From positions 402,566,001 to 402,630,000 of the forward strand of contig OZ024741.1 of assembly GCA_964016885.1 (NCBI GenBank): a stretch of 64,000 bases of DNA. Reading direction: 5' to 3'. The position numbers and the translations under genes are program-made. Within the stretch, counting starts at the first letter, position 1; every line of letters starts with the position of its first letter. This DNA is from Eledone cirrhosa (taxonomy: Eukaryota). Of this stretch, positions 28,546 through 39,312 are shown piece after piece. The notes below the pieces were generated by a model that ran no database searches, was not told where the DNA came from, and was given only the letters and a program-made list of their open reading frames with translations.

Positions 28546-30378
28546 TTCTTTATTAGCCACAAGGGCGCAACAAGAAAGGGGACAATACAAAGACATGCCG
28601 GGGATTTTACATACAGTCGTGTAAAAAATATAAAAACAAACAATTTCAACAATCGAAATCCCCAATAGGGGGGAGGCGCCACAAATGGGTTGTTTAATAC
28701 CCCGTCGATAGAACAACCCTCAACTCAAGGAGCGTGTTGTGCAAGTGCTCCTTTCTTCCTTTTGCTCTCTTCCTCAACCTACAGGCTTATAAACAGAGAA
28801 GGCCCAATCACTCGGGCCATTTTCGCTTCATTCACCCACCTTTCAGTAAATTTACTGGGGTGCAGTGCCTCTCTCTCCACCCTGATTCTCCTGATTTAAG
28901 TGATACTTAAAGAAGGGAATCAATTGTTGTCCGGAGAGAAAGGCATCTGTCCTCAGTCCTCTCAACCTCGTCCACCATATAACTTCTTTCACCATAGCCA
29001 CCGTATAGAGGAAAACCGCCTCTCTTTCGTTTTTGAAAGAGTCTGGCGGTTTGATCCTTACTATGGACTCGGCAGTCAACTGTATTTGTCCCATACGCGA
29101 CAGCAGTTGTTCTGCATAGTTCCACAGGTCGCTTACGCCCGGGTAGTGTACAATTGCGTGCAGAACTGTTTCAATGTCCTGCACACATCTTGGACACGTC
29201 CTCTTGGAAGGATCCCTGCCAGGGCGTCCGTGCCTGTAGATCTTGTCACGAACCGGTAGAGCTCCTCGGTAGCACTGCCAGGCCAGGGACCTCTGGAAGT
29301 TGTCCATAGGTCCCGGGCGGAAAGTCCTACCAAACATACTGGTGAGCTCATCGTCTTCGACGCCCAGAGTCTCTCCGAGCACGTCGTCGCCCTTGTAACG
29401 TACAATCCCTCTATAGAATGTCGAAGTGGAGTCTCCACTGATTGCTGCGCCCGCTTGCCAGAGGACTGTGAGCGCCTGAGCGCATTCAATGTGCCAGGCG
29501 CCCATCGTTTTCGGTCTTTTCTTCACCCAGGACTGCAGCTCTGTTAGCGAGATGAGCTGTGGTAAAGCCTGTCTCACAAACGGTGCCCACACCGGTTGAG
29601 GGTCGGTGAGGAATACCTGGAGATGCCGCAGCCTCAGCGCATGTTTGCGCATCATCAGCTACGGCATTCCCAGCCCTCCGTTGGAAGGGTGCTGACAGCA
29701 GACGGATCTCCTCACCAGCAGAGCCTGCTTCTTCCACAGAAACTGGAAGAGCATGCGTTCCATCTTGGCGAGGTGTTCACGGGGACAAGGCACGACAGTC
29801 AAGCGGTAGTAGATGACGGCCGCTATGAAAGTGTTCGCCACCTCCGCTCGACCTTTCAAGGACAGTTTGCACTCTGCCCACTTCTGGGTGAGTGCAAACA
29901 CCTTGGCCGTGACCTCGTTCCAGTTTTTCTCCACCTGGAGGTCTGGACCGAACCAGACCCCGAGCAATTTCACCGGTCCGTCCGTCCAGCGTCCAACGAC
30001 GCTGTCGGATGTCATCGGTTTGCCTCTCCACGTACCGAGTTGCAAACCGACAGACTTGTCTGGGTTTAGTTTTGCTCCCGTCAGCGTTTCGTATTCTTTC
30101 AGTATGTTGCCGATCACCCCGATTTCCGAGGTGCTCGACACCATTACTGTCACGTCGTCGGCATAAGCCGACGCCGCTTTGCGCAGTCCCGGTTCTAGGG
30201 GGATGCCCTGCAACAGCTCCAATTTCCGCAGTAGTGGCTCTAGAGTCAATACATACAGAATGGAGGAGAGAGGGCATCCCTGTCGAATGGAACGCGTGAT
30301 TGCGAACGGCTCCGATAGGTAGCCGTTCACCTTGACCCTCGAGCAGATGCTGGTGTGCATCGCCTCGATCCATCCTCT
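28546..30378 (-). mobile_element. 5'-truncated Tx1/L1-clade non-LTR retrotransposon (RT domain plus C-terminal zinc-binding region), disabled
   Basis: ORF 29659-30360 has RQGCPLS, AYADDV, KLNPDKS, LLGVWF and GGLGMP. One in-frame TAG follows, then ORF 28852-29655 with CPRC...ETVLHA. There is a frameshift near 28895 (true end ...IRVEREALHPSKFTERW). The 3' UTR ends AATAAAGAA. Confidence 0.92.
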
Positions 30379-30420
30379 GATAGATAGATAGATAAAGATA
30401 GTGAGAGATAGTTAGATAAT

Positions 30421-30608
30421 TGTTTCTACTTTTGGCACAAGGCCAGCAATTATCCCAGTGCATTACTGGTACTTTATTTTATCAACCCCGTAAGGATGAA
30501 AGGCAAAGTTAACCTCGGCGGGATTTGAACTCAGAATAGCAAGGGCCGTAACTCTATGCGTCAAAGCATGGCGTCCGACCCTCTACCGATACTGCCAATC
30601 CACCACCA
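30421..30608 (-). mobile_element. SINE family A, identical duplicate of 28331-28518
   Basis: Base-for-base identical to the first copy at offset 2090. Confidence 0.92.
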
Positions 30609-30624
30609 GAGATAGTTAGATAAT

Positions 30625-30670
<46 letters not shown>

Positions 30671-30794
30671 GATATTGAGAGATAGTTAGATAATGATAGA
30701 TAGGTAGATAGATAGATAGAGATAGTGAGAGATAGTTAGATAATGATAGATAGATAGATAGATAGATAGAGATAGTGAGAGATAGTTAGATAAT

Positions 30795-30965
30795 TGTTTC
30801 TACGTTAGGCACAAGGCCAGCAATTAACCAGTGCATTACTGGTACTTTATTTTATCGACCCCGTAAGGATGAAAGGCAAAGTCAACCTCGGCGGGATTTG
30901 AACTCAGATCGTAAAGGGACGTAACTATGCTGGAAAGCATGGCGTCCGACCCTCTACCGATACTT
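30795..30965 (-). mobile_element. SINE family A
   Basis: Reverse complement of the core and B box (GGATTTGAACTC) within (GATA)n. Confidence 0.88.
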
Positions 30966-31260
30966 AGATACTTAGAGATAGTTAGATAATGATAGATAGA
31001 TAGATAGATAGATAAAAAACATAGATTGATACATAGGTTGATAAAGAGAGAGGGGGTGAGCAAGGAGAAAGAGAGAGAGGGGGTGAGCAAAGAGAAGGAG
31101 AGAGAGGGGGTGAGCAAGGAAAAAGAGAGAGAAAGGATATTGTTTTATTTGTAGGTTGCTGTAATGTTTCCTTTAGAACAATTGCCAAATATATTGTGGG
31201 AAAGATCAGAGTTGGGTGACCTCAAATTCTGCAAAGTTTAACAAAAAATATATTTGTAAT

Positions 31261-31542
31261 ATGGTGATGGTGGTGGTAGTAGTAGTGATGATAGTGGTGG
31301 TGGTGGTAGTAGTAGTGATGACAGTGGTGGTGGTGGTGGTAGTAGTAGTGATGGTGGTGGTAGTAGTAGTGATGACAGTGATGAAGGTGGTAATAGTAGT
31401 GATGATAGTGGTGGTGGTGGTAGATATAGCGATGACAGTGGTGGTGGTGGTAGTAGTAGTGATGACAGTGGTGGTGGTGGTAGTAATAGTGATGACAGTA
31501 GTGGTGGTGGTAGTAGTTGTAGTAATGACAGTGGTGGTGGTG
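31261..31542. repeat. GTG/GTA/ATG trinucleotide low-complexity tract
   Basis: Direct reading; source of the spurious poly-V, poly-T and poly-P ORFs. Confidence 0.9.
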
Positions 31543-31606
31543 AGATTAAATCCATTAAATATTTTTTTTATTTTTAAATAAAGAAAAGCATTGCTAGTTG
31601 CCTGAT

Positions 31607-32025
31607 TGGTCAAATATCTTCATGACAGACACGGTCACATGATTGGTCAAATAGCTCGATGACAGACATGGTCACATGACTTGTCAAAGATCCCAGCATG
31701 CCATTCCTGATGACAGACATGGTCACATGATTTGTCAAATATCCCAGCATGCCATTCCTGATGACAAACATGGTCACATGACTTGTCAAATATCCCAGCA
31801 TGCCATTCCTGATGTCAGGACAGACATGGTTACATGACTTCTCAAATATCCCAGCATGCCATTCTTGATGACAGACATGGTCACATGACTAGTCAGATAT
31901 CCCAGAATGCCTTTCCTGATGACAGACAAGGTCACGTAACTGGTCAGATATCCCAGCATGCCATTCCTGGTGACAGACATGATCACATGACTGGTCAAAT
32001 ATCCCAGCATGCCATTCTTGATGAT
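31607..32025. repeat. 51-bp minisatellite, about 8 copies (GGTCACATGACTTGTCAAATATCCCAGCATGCCATTCCTGATGACAGACAT)
   Basis: Tandem units read directly; 17-aa periodicity in ORFs 31610-31801 and 31786-32010. Confidence 0.92.
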
Positions 32026-32028
32026 AGA

Positions 32029-32220
32029 AGGTGGATTGGCAGTATCGGTAGAGGGTCTGACGCCATGCTTTGTAGAAAAGAGTTACGGCCTTTTATGGTC
32101 TGAGTTCAAATCTCGCCGAAGTTAACTTTGCCTTTCATCCTTAAATTCGTCGATAAAATAAAGTACCAGTAATGTACTGGGATAATTGCTGGCCTTGTGC
32201 CAAAAGTAGAAACAATTATT
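32029..32220 (+). mobile_element. SINE family A
   Basis: GGTGGATTGGCAGTATCGG...GAGTTCAAATC...GCCTTTCATCC...GGCCTTGTGCCAAAAGTAGAAAC. Confidence 0.88.
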
Positions 32221-32297
32221 TTAATATCATTGATCGAAATGAAAATGTTATTGGAATATCAAATGAAATGTTGGTGATTCTCAATAATGTGGTGTGA

Positions 32298-32545
32298 AGG
32301 GATGCATGGCTTGCTGGTTAGGGTGTTTGACTCACTCATTAGTTCATGAGTTCAATTCCCACAACACTGCATTATGTCCTTGAGCAAAAGAATTTATTTC
32401 ATTTTGCTTCAGTCAAGTCAACTGGAATAAATGAGTTGTATTTGAATCTGTCAGGAGTTGCAATCATTCAATAGTATCAGCATTGGAAAGACCAATGGAA
32501 ACATTGTTTCCTTGGTCCGATTTCACAAGTTCCATCCCACTTGGT
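32298..32545 (+). mobile_element. tRNA-derived SINE family B
   Basis: TGGCTTGCTGGTTAGG A box, GAGTTCAATTCC B box, GTCCTTGAGCAA core. The 3' part is shared with 33415-33625. Confidence 0.7.
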
Positions 32546-32984
32546 AAACAAATGAGGTCTCGGATTTTGTTGACTGATCTCTATGATACTTGTACCTGTA
32601 ATTCTAAATATCAGCCATTTCTCAGGGATGTTGATTATTCATAGAAATAGAAACCAAATTGCCTTCAAGTCTTTAAAAAAAATGCAAAGACACATTGGAC
32701 AATGTAGTTTTAGATACGTTATACTTGAATAAAAGATAAGATGGTCAATGGCTGCAATATTTTATATTGTTTAGTAATAGGTGACACCTCTATAACAGGC
32801 TGATCTGGTACTAAACAACAACAATGTATAGAATTGGAATTCTTGTCTCTAGTGACACCAGAAATATCTATAATACAAACAGGAAGTCATGACTCATTAG
32901 CAATCAACTAGTTTGACTTTATCATACCAGGAAATAGTTTCTAAACTCAGATTATTCTGTTCTTGTGTGAGAATAGGATTCTGA

Positions 32985-33392
32985 CTAGTTTAGATGTGTG
33001 TGTGAATAGGTGACTGCAGGGGTCATGTGCAGACTGGAGAGAAATGAAGCGACCATGTTTCATTGGATGTGCAGTGTAAATGTCAGAGAAAGGTAGAGCT
33101 GAGGGAGAAGCTGGGTTTAAGGGGAATCTGAGATGGTGTGCAGGATAGAAGACTGCAGTGATATAGACATGTGATGTGCATGAATGATGATCAATGTGTG
33201 AAGATGTGGAAGGAAGCTGCAGTAGAGTTAGACCAAGAAAGACCTGGGTAGAGGGTGTGAGAGCTGACCCCAAATCTCTAAGACTGGCAGACGAGATGAT
33301 GAAGGAATGTGACAAATGGAGAGATGCCGTGCTGAGAAGGCCCCATCCAACCCATGCAAGCATAGATGAGCGGATATAAAAATGATGATGAT
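32985..33392 (+). mobile_element. RTE-type LINE 3' end with (GAT)n tail
   Basis: Translation VEGSCSRVRPRKTW.E.VR.D.K.L.L...M..DKWR (RTE C-terminus); ends AAATGATGATGAT. Confidence 0.75.
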
Positions 33393-33414
33393 ATATTATA
33401 TCTAAAATAGCCAG

Positions 33415-33627
33415 AAGGCACATGGTTTAGTGGTTAGTGAATTGGATTCACAATCATGAGGTTGCAAATTTGATTCCTGGGCCAGCCAATGCATTATGTT
33501 CTTAAGCAAGACACTTTATTTCATGTTGCTCTTTCTGCCAGGAATTGCAACCATTGGATAGTACTGGCAGTGGAAAAACCAATGGAAACATTGTTTCCTT
33601 GGTCTGATTTGACGAGTTCCACCCCAT
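33415..33627 (+). mobile_element. SINE family B
   Basis: GGCACATGGTTTAGTGGTTAG...TTGATTCCTGG...TTCTTAAGCAAGACACTTTATTTCA. Confidence 0.7.
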
Positions 33628-33661
33628 ATGTGTATGTATGTATGTGTATATATATATTTTT

Positions 33662-33838
33662 AATATAGAAATGGCTTCTATAGGACTAGAACTGTTTCAT
33701 TCAAAGGAAATCATCAGGATCATTTCCTATGAATGAAACAGTTCTAGTCCTGTAGAAGCCATTTCTATATTCGATAGTATGTACTCTATATATTGAGTAC
33801 CTTACTTACTGTGGTTACCCCCCGATTGAACCTGGGAT
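33662..33838. mobile_element. Fold-back element (50-bp arms) with degenerate hammerhead core plus 3' extension; probable Penelope-like remnant
   Basis: Arms 33662-33711 and 33722-33771. Minus strand reads CTGATGA-TTTCCTTTGAAT-GAAA-CAG. The tail TATTGAGTAC...CTGTGGTTACCCCC is shared with 43850-43910. Confidence 0.6.
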
Positions 33839-34046
33839 ACACACATATATATATTCGTTAAGCCCTATGTATGTAGACCTCTGGGATGATATGTGTATAA
33901 GGTTCCTTTATTTTAAGTTACTTTGATATGATCTTCTCTCTAGTCAATTCTGAGCCTTATTTGAGATAGTTCTATATTTGTATTTATAAGCTTCTCTGAA
34001 GTGATGTTATTCATTGAGTTGTAATGTATAATACTGATTAATTTTC

Positions 34047-34082
<36 letters not shown>

Positions 34083-34151
34083 GTGTGTGTTTAAAATTTG
34101 TATTAAACTTCTTAATGTATTTGTAACTGTAGATATTTTTCTTATTTCCAG

Positions 34152-34304
34152 TTGAGGCAGATATTTGATTGGCCAGTAATATCAACAAACCGTCAATGTA
34201 TCATTCACCCCTGTTCTATCAAGAACACAGACACTATTGAGCAAGGTTTCAAAAAGTTATGTGAAAAACTACAGATGAATAATACATCAAGTCCAGAAAA
34301 ATAA
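34152..34304 (+). CDS. ARL15: Probable terminal coding exon of an ARF-like GTPase, ARL15-like (LRQIFDWPVISTNRQCIIHPCSIKNTDTIEQGFKKLCEKLQMNNTSSPEK*)
   Basis: Polypyrimidine tract plus CAG acceptor at 34135-34151, then 50 codons to TAA. The G5-like PCS motif and the following helix align with the recalled ARL15 C-terminus IKKYFELEPLARGKRWILQPCSLDDMDALKDSFSQL. No upstream exon was found in the window. Confidence 0.62.
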   Translation: MRQIFDWPVISTNRQCIIHPCSIKNTDTIEQGFKKLCEKLQMNNTSSPEK

Positions 34305-34934
34305 CTTAAAGTCATGAAAGTGTCTTAAAAAAAAATTGTAATTTTTCGCCAGATTGGTACAGAAATATGTATTTATTTATTTGTCTTCATTATTGCCATT
34401 GGACAACTGCAGCCAATATATGATTAATTCATTCATTTTAATCAATTTCTGTATCAGAATTTGATTAATCCATATTTCATCCCATCATTTGACATATTCA
34501 TAGAAAAATATCTATGAAAAATCAATGAAAGATCTTTGAAAGATCTATGGAAAATTCATGAAAAATTTATGAAAAATCTATGGAAGATCTGTGAAAAATT
34601 ATGCTCCCTGTAAGCCTAAACCTCTCACCTGTTTTTCATTCTCATTTCTAGACATTTCACTTCATATACATCACAAATGCCTTTCTACATCACACAATTT
34701 TCTCAGTGTCTCCCCCATTTTTTTTTTATTTTTTTTTTTTTATAAAAGTCTACATAAGGAATCATTTGTTTGTTCCACTAACCTCACATTCTAACAAAGT
34801 CTTTATTTATTATTGTGTTCTTTAAGTATTAAAAGACTTGATCCTTTTATTTTTTTAAATATTCCAGGATGAGTGATTTGTGAGAAATGGCATGAAGATG
34901 TTTTATATCTATATTTACTTGGCTAAATAGTTAA

Positions 34935-35085
34935 ATGGCAGTCGTTAGAATGTCAGGTAGAATGCTTTGTAGTATTTGTTTCAGTTCTTTGCACTCTGAT
35001 TTCAAATTCCACTGTGATCAACTTTGCCTTTTATCCTTTCGAGGTCGATAAAAAGTACCAGTTCAGTACTGGGGTCGATTCTTCC
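34935..35085 (+). mobile_element. Diverged SINE family A
   Basis: TGGCAGTCGTTAG...TTCAAATTCC...CTTTGCCTTTTATCCTTTCGAGGTCGATAAAAAGTACCAG. Confidence 0.75.
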
Positions 35086-35354
35086 TCTATATCTCTTTTT
35101 CACCATTTTTTCTCTCACACTCTCTATCTTTCTTTGGAAGAAACCTGCTGTGTTCAGACTTGGAGAAGAGATGGGTTCTGCCAGGTTTAAAAAAAGCCCT
35201 AGATATTCCATATGTCAATATGGCGCTGCTACGACTCCCCAAGAGTTACAAGACCATACAATACTAAATGTTTAAGAAGTTCACTTTGCAATCATAAGAC
35301 ATCTATTATTATCATATAGTTTTCATCTAAAAAGCTCGGTTAGCATAGAAATAA

Positions 35355-35496
35355 AAATCCCGCCGAGGTTAGCTTTGTCTCTCATCCTTACGGGGGTTCA
35401 TAAAATAAAGTACCGGTAATGCACTGGAGTTGATTTGGTCGACTTTCCCCTCCCCTCAAAATTGTTGGCCTTGTGCCTAAATCAGAAACTATTATC
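35355..35496 (+). mobile_element. 5'-truncated SINE family A
   Basis: AATCCCGCCGAGGTTAGCTTTG...GGCCTTGTGCCTAAATCAGAAAC. Confidence 0.8.
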
Positions 35497-35715
35497 AAAT
35501 AGTTTTTGAAATAATGAAGAATTTGAATGGGTTTAGTAGTATAACTAACTTTCACATCATTGTGATGATGTTTGGAACATAACTTAACCAAGGTTACTAT
35601 ATAAAATTGTTATGGAATAATTTTAGATAAATATAAACACTTTAAAACAAACAGTTTTGTAGTGTAGGGTCAGGGGTAATTTAAGGTAGTTGGGTATGGA
35701 ATGGGTTAAAGGGTT
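35497..35715. mobile_element. Partial TTAA-type MITE (same family as 38805-39276)
   Basis: Shares TTTGGAACATAACTTAAC...TTTTAGATAAATATAAACACTTTAAAAC and ends GGGTTAA. Confidence 0.6.
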
Positions 35716-35809
35716 TGTTATGAAATCGGTATAATTCATCATCATCATCATCAATTTAATGTCAGCTTTCCCTGTAAGAGACAGGCAGAGAGAGAGTCTG
35801 CAATAACCA

Positions 35810-37155
35810 ACACTGTTGTGTTGATCTCGGTCTGCTGATGATGTCTCCATATGGTTCCTTTTGTTTGATCCCAACCTGACATGTCTGGTGAACAATCAGT
35901 AAACTTTGAACCAGAACAGCTGCTCTTCACATGCTAACTTGTTTAGGTGGACACCTTTGTCTAAATGTTGTCCAAGGTTCAGTTTTGGTACTCTTCTTCA
36001 TAGCCATTACAATATAATCAAGATGGAGACTTTTTCTTTAGGCAATTTAGCAGAAGACATAGACATGTCAAATAAAGAACTCTCTAATGGTTGTTATTCT
36101 ACTAATGGATATAACTCTTCATCAAGTTGCTCTCTAGTAGGTTGTTCAATTACTTGTTATCTTCTTCTATATTGAGAGTTGTCCTTTGTTTTCTAGGAGT
36201 AATCTCATGCAAAGAATCAATTGACTTTCTGAACTTAATACTCACAGGAATGACACTCCTACCAGATAAATCTGATCTTTTATGGTGACTAAGTACAGAA
36301 GTTGGTCGAGGTAATTCTGCAGATGAAGTTGATATAAATGGACAAACACTTTGAAGTAGTGACCCACTATGATCGTGGTTCAATAACTGTGGCAGATCTG
36401 TGCTAGGAATTGACGAACTGGTGGTGTTCAATGGTAATTCTGGCACAGTTTGATTCTGTTTCAGTAAAATCTTGGACCTACTTCAAGTTTCTTGCCCAAA
36501 GAAGAAACAAAAGCTTGTGATTTAGCTCTTTCTGGTAGGTTTCTTGAAAAGTTCTTTGAATGAATTGGCAAGAAGAAGAGTATGAGGCTCTTGGAAATCC
36601 TGAAGGGTCTCCACAATATCATTAGTATTTAGTATGTTCTTCTGTATCTGATTCTTGTCAAGACCAATGTCAGCGTCAAACTTCAGTTACTGAATTCAAT
36701 GGGTTTTTTTTTGAGGACACACGACTTAAGAACCAATGTAATGACGTGTGGACATCTTAAACGTGGTGTCTCAAGAGCATATTAAATTTACTCAGCATAG
36801 TTTCAATTAATTTGAGTTGAGTTTCCTTGTTTTCCTTTGGGGCTCCTTTTGTGGTGCTCCTCGTGTACGACAGCCTGGTACTTCTCCTCTGGGAGTGAGT
36901 TGTTCCACTTGATCCAAAACTTGTTTGAAAGTCTGGTTCTTTGGTAGTTCAGTTAATTCATCCTTAGTAATAATTGGTAGAGAAATATTGAGATCTTTTT
37001 AATCATTTATCATCATCTGAAGACTTGAAGCATCAAATAATGGTAAATCAGGTCATGCTTCAATTATTGTGATATTCTCTCCAAGTTCCCTCAGTCTCAG
37101 CTGGTCTTCAGTCATAGAGAATGGCTGAGCAGCTTCAGATTTAGATTTAGAAGGT
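35810..37155 (-). pseudogene. REC8: Intronless, 5'-truncated, decayed alpha-kleisin (REC8/RAD21 family) retrocopy, most REC8-like
   Basis: Manual translation gives colinear motifs: ENITIIEA*P..LPIITKDELTEL; LKFDADIGLDKNQIQKNILNTNDIVETL...KELFKKPTR then LNHKLLFLLWARN (SA/STAG-binding region); and TTFRQRCPPKQVSM*RAAVLVQSLLIVHQTCQVGIKQKEPYGDII (C-terminal winged helix). Several stops and frameshifts. REC8 versus RAD21/RAD21L is not settled. Confidence 0.72.
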
Positions 37156-37159
37156 AAAC

Positions 37160-37325
37160 TAGCAGGAGGTGAAGAAGTGCCAGGAAATTCCAGTAGAAGA
37201 AAGTTGTAGTAGAGGTTGGGTGAAGGTGGTGAGAGTTGATCTCAAGTCCCTGAGACTCACAGAGGAGATAACAAAAGAAAGAACAGGACGAGTGGAGAGA
37301 TGATGTGCCAAGAAATGGACATTAT
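37160..37325 (+). mobile_element. RTE-type LINE 3' fragment
   Basis: Similar to 33200-33330 (AAGTTGTAGTAGAG...GTGAGAGTTGATCTCAAGTCCCTGAGACT). Confidence 0.6.
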
Positions 37326-37806
37326 ATTGATACATTATAATAGTCACCATTACTATATATATATATATAAGCAAAGGAATGAGTGAATGAAAGAGTTACA
37401 AGCTGTTAAAACATATCTTTATATAGCTCTTACACGTGTATTTTTTACGATACAGTAACCTATTATTATATATATATATATATTGTAGTAGCCATCGTTG
37501 CTGTATATATATATATATATATGTATTAGTCAACACAGTTATAGTTTAGATATAGTAGATATAGTATTTATTGTCTGAGATAGTGACTGTTCTTGGCTCA
37601 GAAAACTTCAATATAGATTTCCACTTGTGTATATGAATACCTTTGTAATATATCCATTCAGCCATTTTATAGAAATATCAATATTCTTCTTCCTCCTCTA
37701 CATCATCTTATTATTATTATCCACTTGTCACACAGCATTTGTTGATGGTGATGTAGTTCTTGTGCCAGCTGTCGGACCGAGCTGGCACAAGAAATATTAT
37801 TATTAT

Positions 37807-37990
37807 TTGGCAGTATCAGTAGAGGGTCGGACGCCATGCTTTCCAGCATAGTTACATCACTTTACGATCTGAGTTCAAATCCCGCCGAGGTTGACTTTGC
37901 CTTTCATCCTTACGGGGTCGATAAAATAAAGTACCAGTAATGCACTGGGTAATTGCTGGCCTTGTGCCTAAAGTAGAAACAATTATTATT
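37807..37990 (+). mobile_element. SINE family A
   Basis: A and B boxes, full core, (ATT)n flanks. Confidence 0.88.
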
Positions 37991-38081
37991 ATTATTCGTA
38001 ATACTTTTGTTCTGTCAGATGTTATACCGACACTATACCAAAAGAGCGAGCCATAGTAAATGGCCCAAGATTATTATTATT

Positions 38082-38305
38082 AGGGTGGTGGATTGGCTGA
38101 ATCGGTAGAGCGACAGACAACATGCTTTACGGCATATAGTTATGGCCCTTTACATTCTTAGTTCAAATCCTGCTGAGGTTAGCTTTGCCTTTCATCCTTA
38201 AGAGGTCGATAAAATAAAGCACCAGTAATGCACTGGGGTCAATTTAATTTACTTTCCTCTCCCCACAAATTGCTGGCCTTGTCCTTAAAGTAGAAACAAT
38301 TATTA
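38082..38305 (+). mobile_element. SINE family A (full length)
   Basis: GGGTGGTGGATTGGCTGAATCGG...GTTCAAATCC...core...GTAGAAACAATTATT. Confidence 0.88.
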
Positions 38306-38804
38306 TTGTTGTTTACTTTGCATATCAATAGTGTTGGTAATTGTTCAGGTTTCATTCACTGAACATGAAGACTTCAGATATCCAGCACATATCTCAAACT
38401 TCTAGATGTATGAAAGTAGACATGTTTTCTGTGGTGCTGTAAGGTTTATTAAACTGATCATAGAGAGCCATTATAGGATATCATTAGATGTTGTGTCTAG
38501 TAGTCTTATAATAAAAGATATTACTTTAACCTCTCTGAAGCTCCACAGTTTGTCAGGCTCCTTGGAGGTGTCTCAAGGAGTTGGATTTATATTTTTTTAA
38601 GGTGAAAGCTATCATATATTCACAGGCCCCTCCTTGACTCTTTTAGTCCAAGACTGATGATGTACCTGGTGATAATTAATGGAACATCCTGGTGGTAATT
38701 AGTGGATCACTCATGTATTTTAATTAGGGTCTTCCACTCAGCCAACCAAAACCTCACTGCTCCACAGTCACAGAAGACTCTGGAGCAGAAGCTATGAGAT
38801 TGAA

Positions 38805-39276
38805 TTAAACCTTTCATTACCATATTTCAAATGAACAACACTGCCTATAATTTTCAAATAATTTTGAAAATAACCAAGAACTTTTAGGGATTTAACAATA
38901 TAACTAACTTTCTTATTATTAAGCTGGTATTTGGAACATAACTTAACAAAGGTTCTTACATAAAATTATGATGGAAGGCTTTTAGGTAAATATAAACACT
39001 TTAAAACGAAATTTTGTATCATAGAACCAGGGGTGTTTGGAACATAACTTAACAAAGCTTCTTACATAAAATTATGATGGAAGGGTTTTAGATAAATATA
39101 AACACTTTAAAACGAAATTTTGTATCATAGATTCAGAGGTGTTTGGATCATAACTTAACAAAGGTTCTTACATAAAATTATGATGGAAGGGTTTTAGATA
39201 AATATAAACACTTTAAAACAAAATGTTGTATTATAGAAATAGGTGGTTTCAGTTGGTTTGGTATCAAAAGGGTTAA
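38805..39276. mobile_element. TTAA-flanked (piggyBac-like) MITE with an internal 106-bp triplication
   Basis: TTAAACCTTTCATTACCA ... TGGTATCAAAAGGGTTAA; units begin at 38931, 39037 and 39143. Confidence 0.7.
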
Positions 39277-39312
39277 ATTCTAATGAAATCTAGGTAGATG
39301 AGTTTAATGTGG

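Noticed and set aside
28900-30463. Plus-strand and alternative-frame ORFs over the Tx1 element
   Set aside because: Shadow ORFs of GC-rich LINE coding sequence.
31607-32025. Tandem hammerheads in the 51-bp minisatellite (most units contain CTGATGA or a variant)
   Set aside because: No GAAA and no stem II/III arrangement follows.
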